In this document: piece after piece, positions 37,439 to 46,719 of the stretch
Layout: each line of letters starts with the position of its first letter
Position numbering within the stretch: position 1 is the stretch's first letter
Source: a virus
Direction: 5' to 3' (one strand)
Length of the DNA stretch: 64,000 bases
IMG/VR virus record: IMGVR_UViG_3300020193_000004
Coordinates: 32,001-96,000 of that record
Translations under genes and position numbers: made by a program
Notes under the pieces: model-generated
What the model was told of the DNA's origin: nothing
Seen by the model: the letters and a program-made list of their open reading frames with translations, nothing else
The model's database searches: none

Positions 37439-38850
37439 CAGACCGACAGCTCCTCGGCGAAGCGGATGACGTTCAGGGCGTCCTCGCCGAGCTGCCCGGC
37501 GGCGGCGAGGTCGGCGAGCGCCGCGTAGTCAGCCAGCGACGCGCGCTTCTCTTCCTGGAGGAAGGGCGAGCGTTTGGTGTCCACGTTGTACGGGGAGCCG
37601 CCCTTGTTGATGTTGACGTTGAACATGCCGCTGCCGGCAGCGCGACGCCCCTCGCGCGCAGCCACGAGGTCGGCGAGCGCGGCGTGCTCCTGCCGCATGT
37701 GCCGCTTGTTGTACAGGTGGCTCGCGACGTCGGCGTGGAGGGCCGAAGGGTCTGCCGCCTCTTCGCGGGCCAGGCGTGCACGTAGCTTGCTCAGTCCGTA
37801 CGTCGTCCCGCCCAGGAGTACGCCACCGGTCAGGGCGCCAGCGGCGGCGCCCGACAGCCCTGCGCGCCGGGCGGCCTCCAGAGCGGCCCCGCGGGCGATA
37901 CCGTGCTGGAACCCGAGCAGGGCACCAACGGCTGCTCCCGGGTAGGCGCCGACGAGGGAGCCGAGCGCGGTGTTGCCACGTCGTGCTCTGTCGGAACCCT
38001 CCGCGCGGTTCTGGAGTCCCTGACGCAGCAGGTCTTCCCGCTCGGGCGCCGACATCCCCAGAGACTCCCGCGCTGCGCGTATCTGCGTGTTCCCACGAGA
38101 CATCTGCGCTTCGCCGCCGAACCAGTCGTGCTTGGGAGGGTCGCCCGCGTCGGCCACCTTCAGCCCACCCTTGGCGGTGGCCATCGGGAAGGCCGCCTCG
38201 GCCGCCGCGCGGGAGGCACCGGTGTCATCGGCGTGGGCGAAGAGCTGCGCGAGGCGGGCGCGGGTCGGGAGCTTCGCCTCGCGCTTGGTGGCGTTGACGA
38301 TGTCCTGGACCGAGCGGAGCATCTCGATGTTCGTGTTCTCGTTCCTCGCCGGAGGTGCGGCGGCGTTCTCGCCGGACACACTCTGCTGGGGACCCGGGAT
38401 CGCACTGGTGTCCGCCCGCTTGGTGATGAGGTCGAAGAGGGTCATCGGGGCGCCGGCCTTCTTGGTGCCGGTCTGGTCCAGGGTGGCCTGGGTACCAGTC
38501 GGGGCCTCGCTCTCCGGAGGAGACTCGCCACAGGGATGGCCGGTCGGGAGGATCTTCTTCGAGCCGGACTGGGGCGGCACTGCCTGGGTTCCGGTCGGTG
38601 CCACGCTCCGGGCCGGGCCCGGGATCGCCGAAGTGTCGGCGCCCTTGAAGAACTGCTCGACCACGCTCCGGCGTACTGCCCCGGCGACGGAGCCGTCGTC
38701 GACGGCACTCATGGCGATGAACTCGTTGGCGTCTGCCAACTCGTGTGCGAGCTTCACGAGATCGCCGCCCGGGGCGGCCGCGGTCTTCGTCCCCCCGGCG
38801 GAAGCACGCGCCTTGTTGAGCGCGGCGTCGATGATGTGCTGTACCGACAT
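37438..38850 (-). CDS. KxA-punctuated head protein with glycine-zipper cassette (470 aa)
   Basis: KTA, KLA, KGA, KKA, KRA, KVA, KRA sites; duplicated ADTSAIPGP; start taken at MSVQH. Confidence 0.65.
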   Translation of the reverse strand: MSVQHIIDAALNKARASAGGTKTAAAPGGDLVKLAHELADANEFIAMSAVDDGSVAGAVRRSVVEQFFKGADTSAIPGPARSVAPTGTQAVPPQSGSKKILPTGHPCGESPPESEAPTGTQATLDQTGTKKAGAPMTLFDLITKRADTSAIPGPQQSVSGENAAAPPARNENTNIEMLRSVQDIVNATKREAKLPTRARLAQLFAHADDTGASRAAAEAAFPMATAKGGLKVADAGDPPKHDWFGGEAQMSRGNTQIRAARESLGMSAPEREDLLRQGLQNRAEGSDRARRGNTALGSLVGAYPGAAVGALLGFQHGIARGAALEAARRAGLSGAAAGALTGGVLLGGTTYGLSKLRARLAREEAADPSALHADVASHLYNKRHMRQEHAALADLVAAREGRRAAGSGMFNVNINKGGSPYNVDTKRSPFLQEEKRASLADYAALADLAAAGQLGEDALNVIRFAEELSV

Positions 38851-38860
38851 GGGTGATGCC

Positions 38861-39073
38861 TCAGGCGCTGATGTTGGGAGGTGGGAGTGAGGCCGGCGAG
38901 GTCGCCTTGATGGCCTGCGAGATGGAGGGGGTAGACCCGGCTGCCGGTTGGGATGAGGGGAACTTCCGCATCGCGTTGCCATGGGCCGCAGCACCGGCCG
39001 GGTTCCTCCCGAGTGACGCCGCGTGCTTGCGGAGCTCCTCGGAGAACGCTTCCAGCTGGGCTCTCGGCATCAC
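38861..39073 (-). CDS. small KxA-motif protein (70 aa)
   Basis: GAGGAG RBS; AFSEELRKHA motif. Confidence 0.55.
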   Translation of the reverse strand: MMPRAQLEAFSEELRKHAASLGRNPAGAAAHGNAMRKFPSSQPAAGSTPSISQAIKATSPASLPPPNISA

Positions 39074-39080
39074 GGGCTCC

Positions 39081-40586
39081 TCACTCGGCCGTCGCGTATC
39101 CGTTGTCGATCAGCCACTGGGCGGCGAGATCCTCGGCGGCGTCCTGGACGAGCAGGTCGAGCGCGGCATCGGCGGACTTCTCCTCCCCCTCCTCCCTCTC
39201 GATCGCCGCGTCGACGATCATGCTGGCCGCCTTCTGCAGCCCAGCACCGTCCCCAGCGTTGGCGAGCTCGGCCAGGGTGAGGACGTCCTCGCCCGTGAGG
39301 GCGATCGCGCTGCTGTTCTTCTCGCTGCCCGCGGTCTTGCTGCGGTTGCGCAGGGCCTTGACGCCCTTGTACCCACCGAAGCCGAGGCCCGCTGTGCCCG
39401 CCGCGGCGACCGCGCGCGCACCGAGGATCTTGCGGGCCTCGACTGCGTACGGGCCCGAGCCGCGGGCAGCCTCCATGAGTCCGAGCGACGTACGGCGCCT
39501 GAACTCGTTGCCGGTGAGCAGCTGCTTGCCGCGCTGACCCGCGGCCGACGCGAAGTCCATCAGCGTCTCTCGGACCGATGCCTCCTTCTCGAGCGCCGCC
39601 TCGACGATCAGGCTGGCCGCCTTCTGGAGGCCTTCGGCATCGCCGGCCGCGGCGAGGTTGTTGAGGATCAGGACGTCGTCGACCGTGAGGTCGATCGCGC
39701 TGCTGGTCTTCTCGCCGTCGTTCTCGGGCGGCGTGCCACGGCTCATGCGCTTCTTGGCGGCCATGGCCCCGCCCGCCAGGAGGGTGGCTCCGGCCACCGG
39801 GATTCCGTAGCCGATCGCACGAGCGGCGCGGTCGCTGATCGGTCCGCGCCCCAGTCGGTGGGCGATGTTGGCGCCGAGGTCCAGGGCCCTCGAGTCGATC
39901 TTGCCACCCGCCGCGCGCGCCGCGCCGAAGATGCGGTCCGTGAGCCCCTCCTTCCTCGGGATGAGCGCGAGGGCCCGCTCCCCAGGCGCTGCGACGGGTA
40001 CTGCGGCGACGGGTACTGCGGCGGCGGCGGCGGCTGCAGCTCTGCTCCGGTGGCGCCTTCTAACGAAGTCCTCGGGGGTGTCGTTCCACGCCCCGAGCTT
40101 GCCCATCTCGTCCACGTAGCTGCGCGCCATCTGCCGTCCGAGGATGTCGGCCTCGGCCAGCTTGGCCTGGGCCTCCTCGACCTGGGCCTGCTTCTCGACG
40201 TCGACGACGACCGGCTCGAACCCGTTCTCGGCCATCACCGGGAGCACGTTCTCGAGGAAGTACTCGAACGCCGCGCCGAGCTGCTCGTCGGTGGCGCCCG
40301 ACAGGTCGAGGCCTTCGGCGCTCGCCTGCTTGTCGAAGAGCGCGAAGGCCTGCTCCTGGGTCAGGGAGGCGATCTTCTGCTCGGTGGAGGGTGCGTCGAG
40401 CAACGCGGGGAGCACGTTCGCCTCGAAGTGCGCGTAGAGCTCCTCGACCTGCTCCGGGGCCAGCAGGTCGAGGTCGATGCTCTCGGCCGCGGCTACTTTC
40501 TGGAAGATACGCACGCTGGCGGCCTTCTCGAGGTCCTCGGGAGTCACGTTGTGCTGGGCGAGGGTCTCGGCGAGCTTGATGGACAT
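39081..40586 (-). CDS. scaffold-like acidic protein with inserted basic/TM cassettes (501 aa)
   Basis: Directly downstream of protease; ~12 KxA/G sites; duplicated 45-aa module. Confidence 0.65.
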   Translation of the reverse strand: MSIKLAETLAQHNVTPEDLEKAASVRIFQKVAAAESIDLDLLAPEQVEELYAHFEANVLPALLDAPSTEQKIASLTQEQAFALFDKQASAEGLDLSGATDEQLGAAFEYFLENVLPVMAENGFEPVVVDVEKQAQVEEAQAKLAEADILGRQMARSYVDEMGKLGAWNDTPEDFVRRRHRSRAAAAAAAAVPVAAVPVAAPGERALALIPRKEGLTDRIFGAARAAGGKIDSRALDLGANIAHRLGRGPISDRAARAIGYGIPVAGATLLAGGAMAAKKRMSRGTPPENDGEKTSSAIDLTVDDVLILNNLAAAGDAEGLQKAASLIVEAALEKEASVRETLMDFASAAGQRGKQLLTGNEFRRRTSLGLMEAARGSGPYAVEARKILGARAVAAAGTAGLGFGGYKGVKALRNRSKTAGSEKNSSAIALTGEDVLTLAELANAGDGAGLQKAASMIVDAAIEREEGEEKSADAALDLLVQDAAEDLAAQWLIDNGYATAE

Positions 40587-40690
40587 GCGATTCGGGCTCC
40601 GTTGGAGGTAGCAATGAAGTGGGAGGTCCGAGGGGACTCTATGAAGACGCCGCTCGCCCTGCAGGGAGGACTCTATCCTATGTTGTAGTC

Positions 40691-42601
40691 CTACCAGTAG
40701 GCAAGGTGGAGAAGAAGGGAGGAGATCAAGTTCGGGGCATCCGCGGTCTTGTCACTGAAGAGAGTAGCAGACCTGGACATCGCGGGCACATAACTCCAAT
40801 CGGGTGGACGCGTCATCAGCCCCGTCCGATAGTCGTTGTACTGCTGCGAGATCTGGTCAAGAAGCGGGTCGGAAAGCAGTGTACTGACTCCGCCGTCCTG
40901 CGGAGCGGGACACATCGTAATGCGGATCGCGACGGCCCTGGGTGCGAACGACCGCCCGAGAAGCACCGGGCCGAGTGCGCTCACGAGTCGAGAGATCGTG
41001 TCGCCGCGCAAGGCACCAGGCAGCCACCGCGGCTCGTGGTAGGGGTCGAGCGGCGTACGCTCGAAGCAGCTGCCCTCCGCAGCCAGCTCCTGCGCCCTGG
41101 CCGACTGCCCCATGGAGCTCAACGAGCAGTACTGGAACTCCTCTGGGCGGAGAACGACCCCGAGGGCGCCCAGGTGCGACAGCATGTCGTGCATGCTGGA
41201 GGGGCCAGCACCGCACTCGTCGTAGATCTCACGAGGCAGCACCGGGACCAGGCGCCCCATGTGATCCCTCAGCAGCGCCCGCTGGTGCTCGCTCGGAGCC
41301 GGAATCCGCTTCACGAGCTCCGCCCACTTGGCCAGAGAGCCCAGCTTCTCCCCGACCGGCAGCGCATTCATGCGGCTGGTAAGCAAAGCGATCGCGCGGT
41401 CCTGCTGCGCAGGCGTGACCGAGGCAGCGTGCAGATCTTGCCCGCTCCGCCCCTCCCAGAACCGCTGCTCCTCGTCCGTGATCGTACGGTCTCGCACGCC
41501 GGCGCGACGTCGCAACGTCTCCTGCGCGTGCTCCATCGCCTTCGCCTCGGCGTCCGAACGCGCGGCAGGGAGCGCGGACAGCACACTGGCAATGTTCGCG
41601 CCGACGCGGGACTCCGCGGGACCGCGCACGCGGGAGTTGAGGACATTGGCAACTGCGTTCCCGAGACGCGCATGCCGTTCGTCGAGCGGCAGGAGAGGCG
41701 CGTCGGCCGAGACCTCACGAGTCGAGAGACCAATACCGCCGGGGGCGAAGAGCCTCTCCGTGTACGGGCGGTTCCCGCGTACCCTGGAGGTAACGTTCGC
41801 CATCACCTTCGCCGATCGCTCCGCACCGATGAAGACGTAGGAGTCGTCGAAGAAGCGCGGGTAGTCGTTGTAGACGCCGCACATCCTCCCGTCGGGGAGG
41901 ATGGCGCGCATCCCGAACGGAGGAAGCGCCCCGCGCACGACGTGCTCGCAGTAGTGCTCGGGCGACCGCGCGTAGTGGTTGCAGATCGAGCAGCGGTCGT
42001 AAGGCACCTTCGCGCCCATCGAGGTGTCCGGGAACTCCCCCGCGGCGATCCGATCGTAGAGGTCGACCGCACCCAGGCGAACGCAGAGGTCCCGTACCAG
42101 CTCCGAGACGAGGACGACCCGACGCATCCGCGCATCCCAGAACGCCCCGAGGATGTACCCGTAGGCGCGCTCCGGGTCCTTGTTCACGTGGTGGCGGAAA
42201 CGGTGCGCGTTGTAGAAGGTCGGGTACCCCCACGCGAGGGAGCCCCAGTCTTTGACGGTCTCCGTGGTGCTGGCAGCTCGCCGACGTCCCTCGATGTCCC
42301 AGACCGGGATCGTGTCCCAGCCCGGCGGCGTGTGGAGCAGCCCGCGCTCGGTGAACCAGTCGCCCCGGAGGTTGAAGCCAACGAACTCCCCTGCGCCGAG
42401 AGCGGAGTTCACCAGGTAGAGCCGCCCCGGCTGGGGCTGGATCGACTCGATGAGCTCGAGGACTTCGGGCAGGTGCTCGCCACTCGCGACCTTGTCCAGT
42501 CCCGCGGACGTACCCAGGCCGTAGCCGGTGCTCGGCTCGACCAGGTGGATGAGAGGACGGCCCTCGGCCGTCTTCCCGTGGAGCTGGAAGTGCTTGTCCA
42601 T
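40691..42601 (-). CDS. prohead (capsid maturation) serine protease
   Basis: N.RGDWF, RHHVN (His), DTSMG (Ser), CSIC...C.H Zn insert, FFDDSYV...A; upstream of scaffold/capsid genes. Confidence 0.8.
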   Translation of the reverse strand: MDKHFQLHGKTAEGRPLIHLVEPSTGYGLGTSAGLDKVASGEHLPEVLELIESIQPQPGRLYLVNSALGAGEFVGFNLRGDWFTERGLLHTPPGWDTIPVWDIEGRRRAASTTETVKDWGSLAWGYPTFYNAHRFRHHVNKDPERAYGYILGAFWDARMRRVVLVSELVRDLCVRLGAVDLYDRIAAGEFPDTSMGAKVPYDRCSICNHYARSPEHYCEHVVRGALPPFGMRAILPDGRMCGVYNDYPRFFDDSYVFIGAERSAKVMANVTSRVRGNRPYTERLFAPGGIGLSTREVSADAPLLPLDERHARLGNAVANVLNSRVRGPAESRVGANIASVLSALPAARSDAEAKAMEHAQETLRRRAGVRDRTITDEEQRFWEGRSGQDLHAASVTPAQQDRAIALLTSRMNALPVGEKLGSLAKWAELVKRIPAPSEHQRALLRDHMGRLVPVLPREIYDECGAGPSSMHDMLSHLGALGVVLRPEEFQYCSLSSMGQSARAQELAAEGSCFERTPLDPYHEPRWLPGALRGDTISRLVSALGPVLLGRSFAPRAVAIRITMCPAPQDGGVSTLLSDPLLDQISQQYNDYRTGLMTRPPDWSYVPAMSRSATLFSDKTADAPNLISSLLLHLAYW

Positions 42602-43608
42602 CAGGGCATGTGGCGGCGCAGGTTCGGGTACAGATGCAGCACGTCACCGATGGTCGGAGGGGTCTTCTGCCCCGTCACGGGATCCAGGTACTCCTGGTTG
42701 ACTGCGTCGCGCAGGATCGCCTGGGCGAATACGCGGCGGTCGTTCGCCTCCCGGTCGAGCTTCTTCTCGTGGCGGTCGTCGGCGCGGTCCCGGCGACTGG
42801 CATAGAACTGCCGCGCCTTCATGCCCAGTTCCTGGCGCTTGAGCTTGAGGTCCTGCTGCCGGCGAAAATAGGCGTCCAGCTCCTTGGCCTCCTCGCCGCG
42901 CTCCTTCCGCACCCGCTCGGCCTTCGCCTCGGCCAGCTCATCCCTGCGCTGCGCGATCTGTGCGTCGTTCTGCGCCGCCTGCCAGCTCTGCTGATGCTGC
43001 GCACTGCGCAGCTTGGACGCCTCGTTGAAGCCGATGCCCATGCCCACCGACATGGCGTCGCGCATGATTTCCTCGCCGGTATGCCGCTCCTCCGGGCGCA
43101 GGCGCAGGAGGTTGCCGGCGAGATCGGTCTCCATACGCATGGTCTTGGGGTCCAGGTTGTCCCGCTGGCGGAGGACCTGTCCGAGGAGCGACCCACCTGC
43201 GAGGGGGTCCTTCGCGATGTGCGGATTCATATGGCGGATGGAGTTGTAGGCGAGCTCGATCTCGTTCGGCGGGTACTCCTTGAGGCGCGGGAACACCTCG
43301 AGGATGCGCTCCAGGTCCTTCTTCTTAGAGAGTCGCTCGTTGATCGCACGTGCACCGCTGGCGACCCCGTGCACGCCGAGGCCTGCCAGACCGATGCCGA
43401 GACTCGACGCCAGGCCGGTGGTGATGGCCTGCTGCGTCGCCGGGCTGAGCGTGAGACGCCCGAGGGCATTGCGTACGGCCGGAGGCACCAAGAGCGCCTC
43501 CTTCTTCATCCCAAGCAGCCCGGCGAGCTTCACGGCAGACGCCGTATCCGCCGGCGTGATCCTCCCAGCCGCCTGCTTTTCCAGCACATTGACGAGAACT
43601 GCATCCAT
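42601..43608 (-). CDS. KxA-motif head protein with TM and coiled-coil
   Basis: EKQA, VKLA, KKEA; Gly-rich TM; HIAKDPLAGGS motif. Confidence 0.6.
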   Translation of the reverse strand: MDAVLVNVLEKQAAGRITPADTASAVKLAGLLGMKKEALLVPPAVRNALGRLTLSPATQQAITTGLASSLGIGLAGLGVHGVASGARAINERLSKKKDLERILEVFPRLKEYPPNEIELAYNSIRHMNPHIAKDPLAGGSLLGQVLRQRDNLDPKTMRMETDLAGNLLRLRPEERHTGEEIMRDAMSVGMGIGFNEASKLRSAQHQQSWQAAQNDAQIAQRRDELAEAKAERVRKERGEEAKELDAYFRRQQDLKLKRQELGMKARQFYASRRDRADDRHEKKLDREANDRRVFAQAILRDAVNQEYLDPVTGQKTPPTIGDVLHLYPNLRRHMP

Positions 43609-43886
43609 CAGAAACCTCTCACGGTGGGTCCAGTACCACGGACGAAGCGCTCGTCCTGCGCCAGCCTACCAGCCATCTGCGGGACCTGGGTAGCTGCACC
43701 GACCCCGATCGTGCCAAGGAGTCCGGCGCGCATGATCGGGTTCGGGGCAACGACACCGGCGCCGTGCCAGATGCCCTTCCCGAGTAGTCCGACTCCCTGC
43801 CCGACGGCCTTGACGGTGGTACCGAGCCAGCCGGCCTGCTTGCACCACTCGGTGAGCGGACCACCCAGACTACTGGTAGAGCGCAT
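43608..43886 (-). CDS. small Gly-rich membrane protein (start uncertain)
   Basis: CKQAG then amphipathic/Gly-rich segments; stop coupled to next ATG. Confidence 0.45.
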   Translation of the reverse strand: MRSTSSLGGPLTEWCKQAGWLGTTVKAVGQGVGLLGKGIWHGAGVVAPNPIMRAGLLGTIGVGAATQVPQMAGRLAQDERFVRGTGPTVRGF

Positions 43887-44772
43887 CCTTAAGCTCCCGC
43901 TCGACCCGGCCGAGCTGCGTCTGGATGTCCTGCAGCGCGACCCCTCCATGCACACGGTACTCGCGGAGCTCGGCGACCTTGACCGCCTGGGCCCGCAGGG
44001 GGTGCCGCACGTTCAGCCCGTAGCCACCCATGTGAGCGAGCTTCTCGTTGTCGAGGGGGACGCCACGGCGCGGGAGCGCACGCAGCAGATCCGTCGCGAT
44101 CGTGTCGAGCACGTTGTCCGAGGCGTCGGCCGTCTTCCCGAACTCCAGACACGCTTCGACGGCGTGCAGCGGTGCCACGCCCTGGCGCACCGAGGAGACC
44201 ACCCCGTCGAGGAGCTCGAGGAACGCGATCTTCTCGGCGCCCGCGGCAGACCCCAGGTCGAGGGAGAGCTTGCGCGCGGCCTCCTTGAGGGTGTCCCGCG
44301 TACTGAGGAGCTGGTACCGCGCCTCCTTCTTCATCCCGCTGATGTCCGCAACGGTCCGCGACATGGCAGCGACGAACGCGTTCTGCGCAGGAGGAGGTCC
44401 CCGGGACACCGAGTGACTTGCCGTCTTGTCCATGGAGGTGCCTCCGCGCGGAGCGCTGGCGAGCTTCGCGCTGAATGATTCGATGCGATGCGCGCGCACG
44501 GCCGACGCCGCCTTCACGGCATCCGGTGGATCGAAACTGACGAGGCGGTCCGGGCCCGGGTTCTCGCGGAACGCGCGCTCGAACACGTCGTGGTAGACCA
44601 TCTCGCAGACTCGCTGGATGTGCTCGCTGGTGAGCCCTTCCTCCGAGGTCGAAGCGACCTTGATGACCGCGTCCGTTGCGGACAGATCACCCCCACTCTC
44701 GCGGTACAAAGACGCGGCCTCGCGAGCCATGGCGCGGAGGTCGGTCTCAGTAACTTCGCTGAAGTGTGGCAT
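43870..44772 (-). CDS. KxA-rich head-associated protein
   Basis: Eight KxA sites; start taken at MPHFSEV. Confidence 0.6.
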   Translation of the reverse strand: MPHFSEVTETDLRAMAREAASLYRESGGDLSATDAVIKVASTSEEGLTSEHIQRVCEMVYHDVFERAFRENPGPDRLVSFDPPDAVKAASAVRAHRIESFSAKLASAPRGGTSMDKTASHSVSRGPPPAQNAFVAAMSRTVADISGMKKEARYQLLSTRDTLKEAARKLSLDLGSAAGAEKIAFLELLDGVVSSVRQGVAPLHAVEACLEFGKTADASDNVLDTIATDLLRALPRRGVPLDNEKLAHMGGYGLNVRHPLRAQAVKVAELREYRVHGGVALQDIQTQLGRVERELKDALYQ

Positions 44773-44840
44773 CTTGAGTACCTGCAGGGGTGCTTGCGCA
44801 AGAATATACCCTTCTTCGACCTTGCGCACGGGAGGAGTAA

Positions 44841-45551
44841 GTGTCTACGACCCTGATGACCATCGAAGATAGCGCTCGGCACCTCGGGGTGAGCACGAGA
44901 ACTATCCGCTCCTACATCGCGCAGCACCTCCTGTCTACCCGGCAGGGTGAGGGTAGCCGCCGGAAGTGGCTCGACCCTGCAGAGGTCGAGGAGCTCCGGA
45001 AGGATCAGATCGAGCACTGCGCAGCCACGCCCGGTGCCAGAAAGCGCGAGACCCTTGAGCTGCGCGCGACGGTCCGCCGCCTGCGGGCCGAGATGGACCT
45101 GGTGCTCCGGATCCTCGACGTCCACGAAGCGCCGCTGCGGCTCGACGCCGCTGGTGCACACACGATCTACGAGAGCGCACAGGCGGGGCTCCGGAAGACG
45201 AACTGGGCCCTGGACGAGCTGACCCAGTGGGCGGAGGTGCTCCTCCGCATCAACGAAGAGGACCTCCACGTGATCTCTGCGGAGGCAGGAGAGCGCCCCT
45301 GGAGTGTGCTCTTGCGCCTCTGCGTGGACTTGATCGTCTACGTGCACGGCTGTCCAGACTACAAGACGTCGCTCGACCTCCAGGTGATGCACCGGCGACT
45401 GACAGAAGCACGCCGTCGACTCCGGATCGCCGCGCTCTGCTACGAGGACATGTACGGCAGGGAGATGGAACGGGAGCTGAAGCGCGCGGCCCTGCTCGAC
45501 ACACCCACCTCGGTGCGGGAGGCCCTGGTAGCGCGGGCACGCCGAAAGTAG
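44841..45551 (+). CDS. helix-turn-helix (excisionase/MerR-like) DNA-binding protein
   Basis: LMTIEDSARHLGVSTRTIRSYI; GGAGGAG RBS; divergent from head operon. Confidence 0.75.
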   Translation: MSTTLMTIEDSARHLGVSTRTIRSYIAQHLLSTRQGEGSRRKWLDPAEVEELRKDQIEHCAATPGARKRETLELRATVRRLRAEMDLVLRILDVHEAPLRLDAAGAHTIYESAQAGLRKTNWALDELTQWAEVLLRINEEDLHVISAEAGERPWSVLLRLCVDLIVYVHGCPDYKTSLDLQVMHRRLTEARRRLRIAALCYEDMYGREMERELKRAALLDTPTSVREALVARARRK

Positions 45552-45569
45552 ACCTAAGGACGGCATAAG
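45542..45569 (+). promoter_or_regulatory. bipartite promoter-like motif copy 1
   Basis: CCGAAA-N16-CATAAG upstream of 45603 gene. Confidence 0.55.
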
Positions 45570-45602
45570 AACCTCGGCAGTCAACAACCTGCTGGAGGTT
45601 CC

Positions 45603-45920
45603 ATGGATACGAATGAGGGAGAGAGGGGCAGCCAACGCGTCCGGGGCACATCAGCGGCGGACGGCGTGGACGCCGCCGCACGCGGGAAGGGGAAGCCCGT
45701 ACAGGCACCCCCGGTCACGGAAAACCCGAGGCAGAGGGCACCGACCCGGCGTCCCTCCTCCCGGGAGGTGCACGAGGACACGGGCCTGGCCGCGAAGGTC
45801 GCCGCGCTCGAGGCGGAGAACGTGGAGCTCCGGGACGACCTCCGCGTCATGCGAACGCACCTCGACGATCTCCACCGGCTGTGCACGACCCACGTGCACT
45901 ATGTGCGCAGCACCGGGTAG
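45603..45920 (+). CDS. coiled-coil hypothetical protein
   Basis: GGAGGT RBS; LAAKVAALEAENVELRDDL heptads. Confidence 0.6.
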   Translation: MDTNEGERGSQRVRGTSAADGVDAAARGKGKPVQAPPVTENPRQRAPTRRPSSREVHEDTGLAAKVAALEAENVELRDDLRVMRTHLDDLHRLCTTHVHYVRSTG

Positions 45921-45937
45921 GCGCAGGCCAGAATGCC

Positions 45938-45966
45938 CTAAAAACAGGCACTTTCCCAGTCATAAG
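45938..45966 (+). promoter_or_regulatory. bipartite promoter-like motif copy 2
   Basis: CTAAAA-N17-CATAAG upstream of 46021 gene. Confidence 0.55.
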
Positions 45967-46020
45967 GAGCCTACGGAAGCTCCCAAGCCCCCGTGTGTCC
46001 ACAACTACCAGGAGTCAACC

Positions 46021-46662
46021 ATGTCGTTCAAGTCCAGTGTCACGAAGTTCCGACTCGGGCTCACCTCCCTCCTCGCCGCCGTGGCCCGCCCCGCGGCGGA
46101 GGGCGCCGTCGCGGCGTCCATCCTGACCTGGGGGGTGCCCCGCGTGACGATGTACTTCCGCGGGTCGCCCATGGTCCTCTCGATGACCGCCATCATCGGC
46201 GGCACCATCGCGACGGTCGCCATGGTCGAGGGCATCTGGTGGGTTCTCAACGACGAGACCACCGTGGCGAAGGCCCAGGCGGACGCCTGGGCCAGCTTCG
46301 GCAGGGAGCTCCTCGCCGACGAGCAGCTCCTTGCCGACTACGCCCTCCTCCGCGGCAAGTCCCCGGAGGAGGTCAGGGAGCTGGCGGCCATGCTCATCAG
46401 CGGGGGCCACGTCAACCCGCTGGCGGCCAAGGTGACCGCGCTCGAGGAGCAGGTCGCCAAGCTGGCCGCCGCGGCGGCCCCGGCCCCGGTCGTGGCGGCC
46501 CCGGCCCCGGTCGTGGCGGCCCCGGCCCCGGTCGTGGCGGCCCCGGCCCCGGTCGCGGCCCCGGTGGTCCAGACCGGTCCCGCCGTGATGCCGGCGGAGG
46601 CCCCCGCCGACGAGGCGGTCCCCGCCAAGAAGGGCGGGAAGAAGGAGGCGGCCGCGGCCTGA
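46021..46662 (+). CDS. membrane protein with Ala/Pro-rich repeat tail
   Basis: AGGAG RBS; N-terminal hydrophobic segments; AAPAPVV repeats. Confidence 0.7.
   Translation: MSFKSSVTKFRLGLTSLLAAVARPAAEGAVAASILTWGVPRVTMYFRGSPMVLSMTAIIGGTIATVAMVEGIWWVLNDETTVAKAQADAWASFGRELLADEQLLADYALLRGKSPEEVRELAAMLISGGHVNPLAAKVTALEEQVAKLAAAAAPAPVVAAPAPVVAAPAPVVAAPAPVAAPVVQTGPAVMPAEAPADEAVPAKKGGKKEAAAA
46474..46554 (+). repeat. 21-bp tandem repeat (~3.9 copies) encoding AAPAPVV
   Basis: GCGGCCCCGGCCCCGGTCGTG units. Confidence 0.9.
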
Positions 46663-46675
46663 TGGCCATGAGCAT

Positions 46676-46710
46676 CGCGGGAGAGATGGGGGCAACCCCT
46701 CTCTCCCGCG
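46676..46710. terminator. long hairpin between convergent genes
   Basis: CGCGGGAGAGA-TGGGG-GCAA-CCCC-TCTCTCCCGCG; GNRA loop; no U tract. Confidence 0.6.
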
Positions 46711-46719
46711 GCCGCTCGC

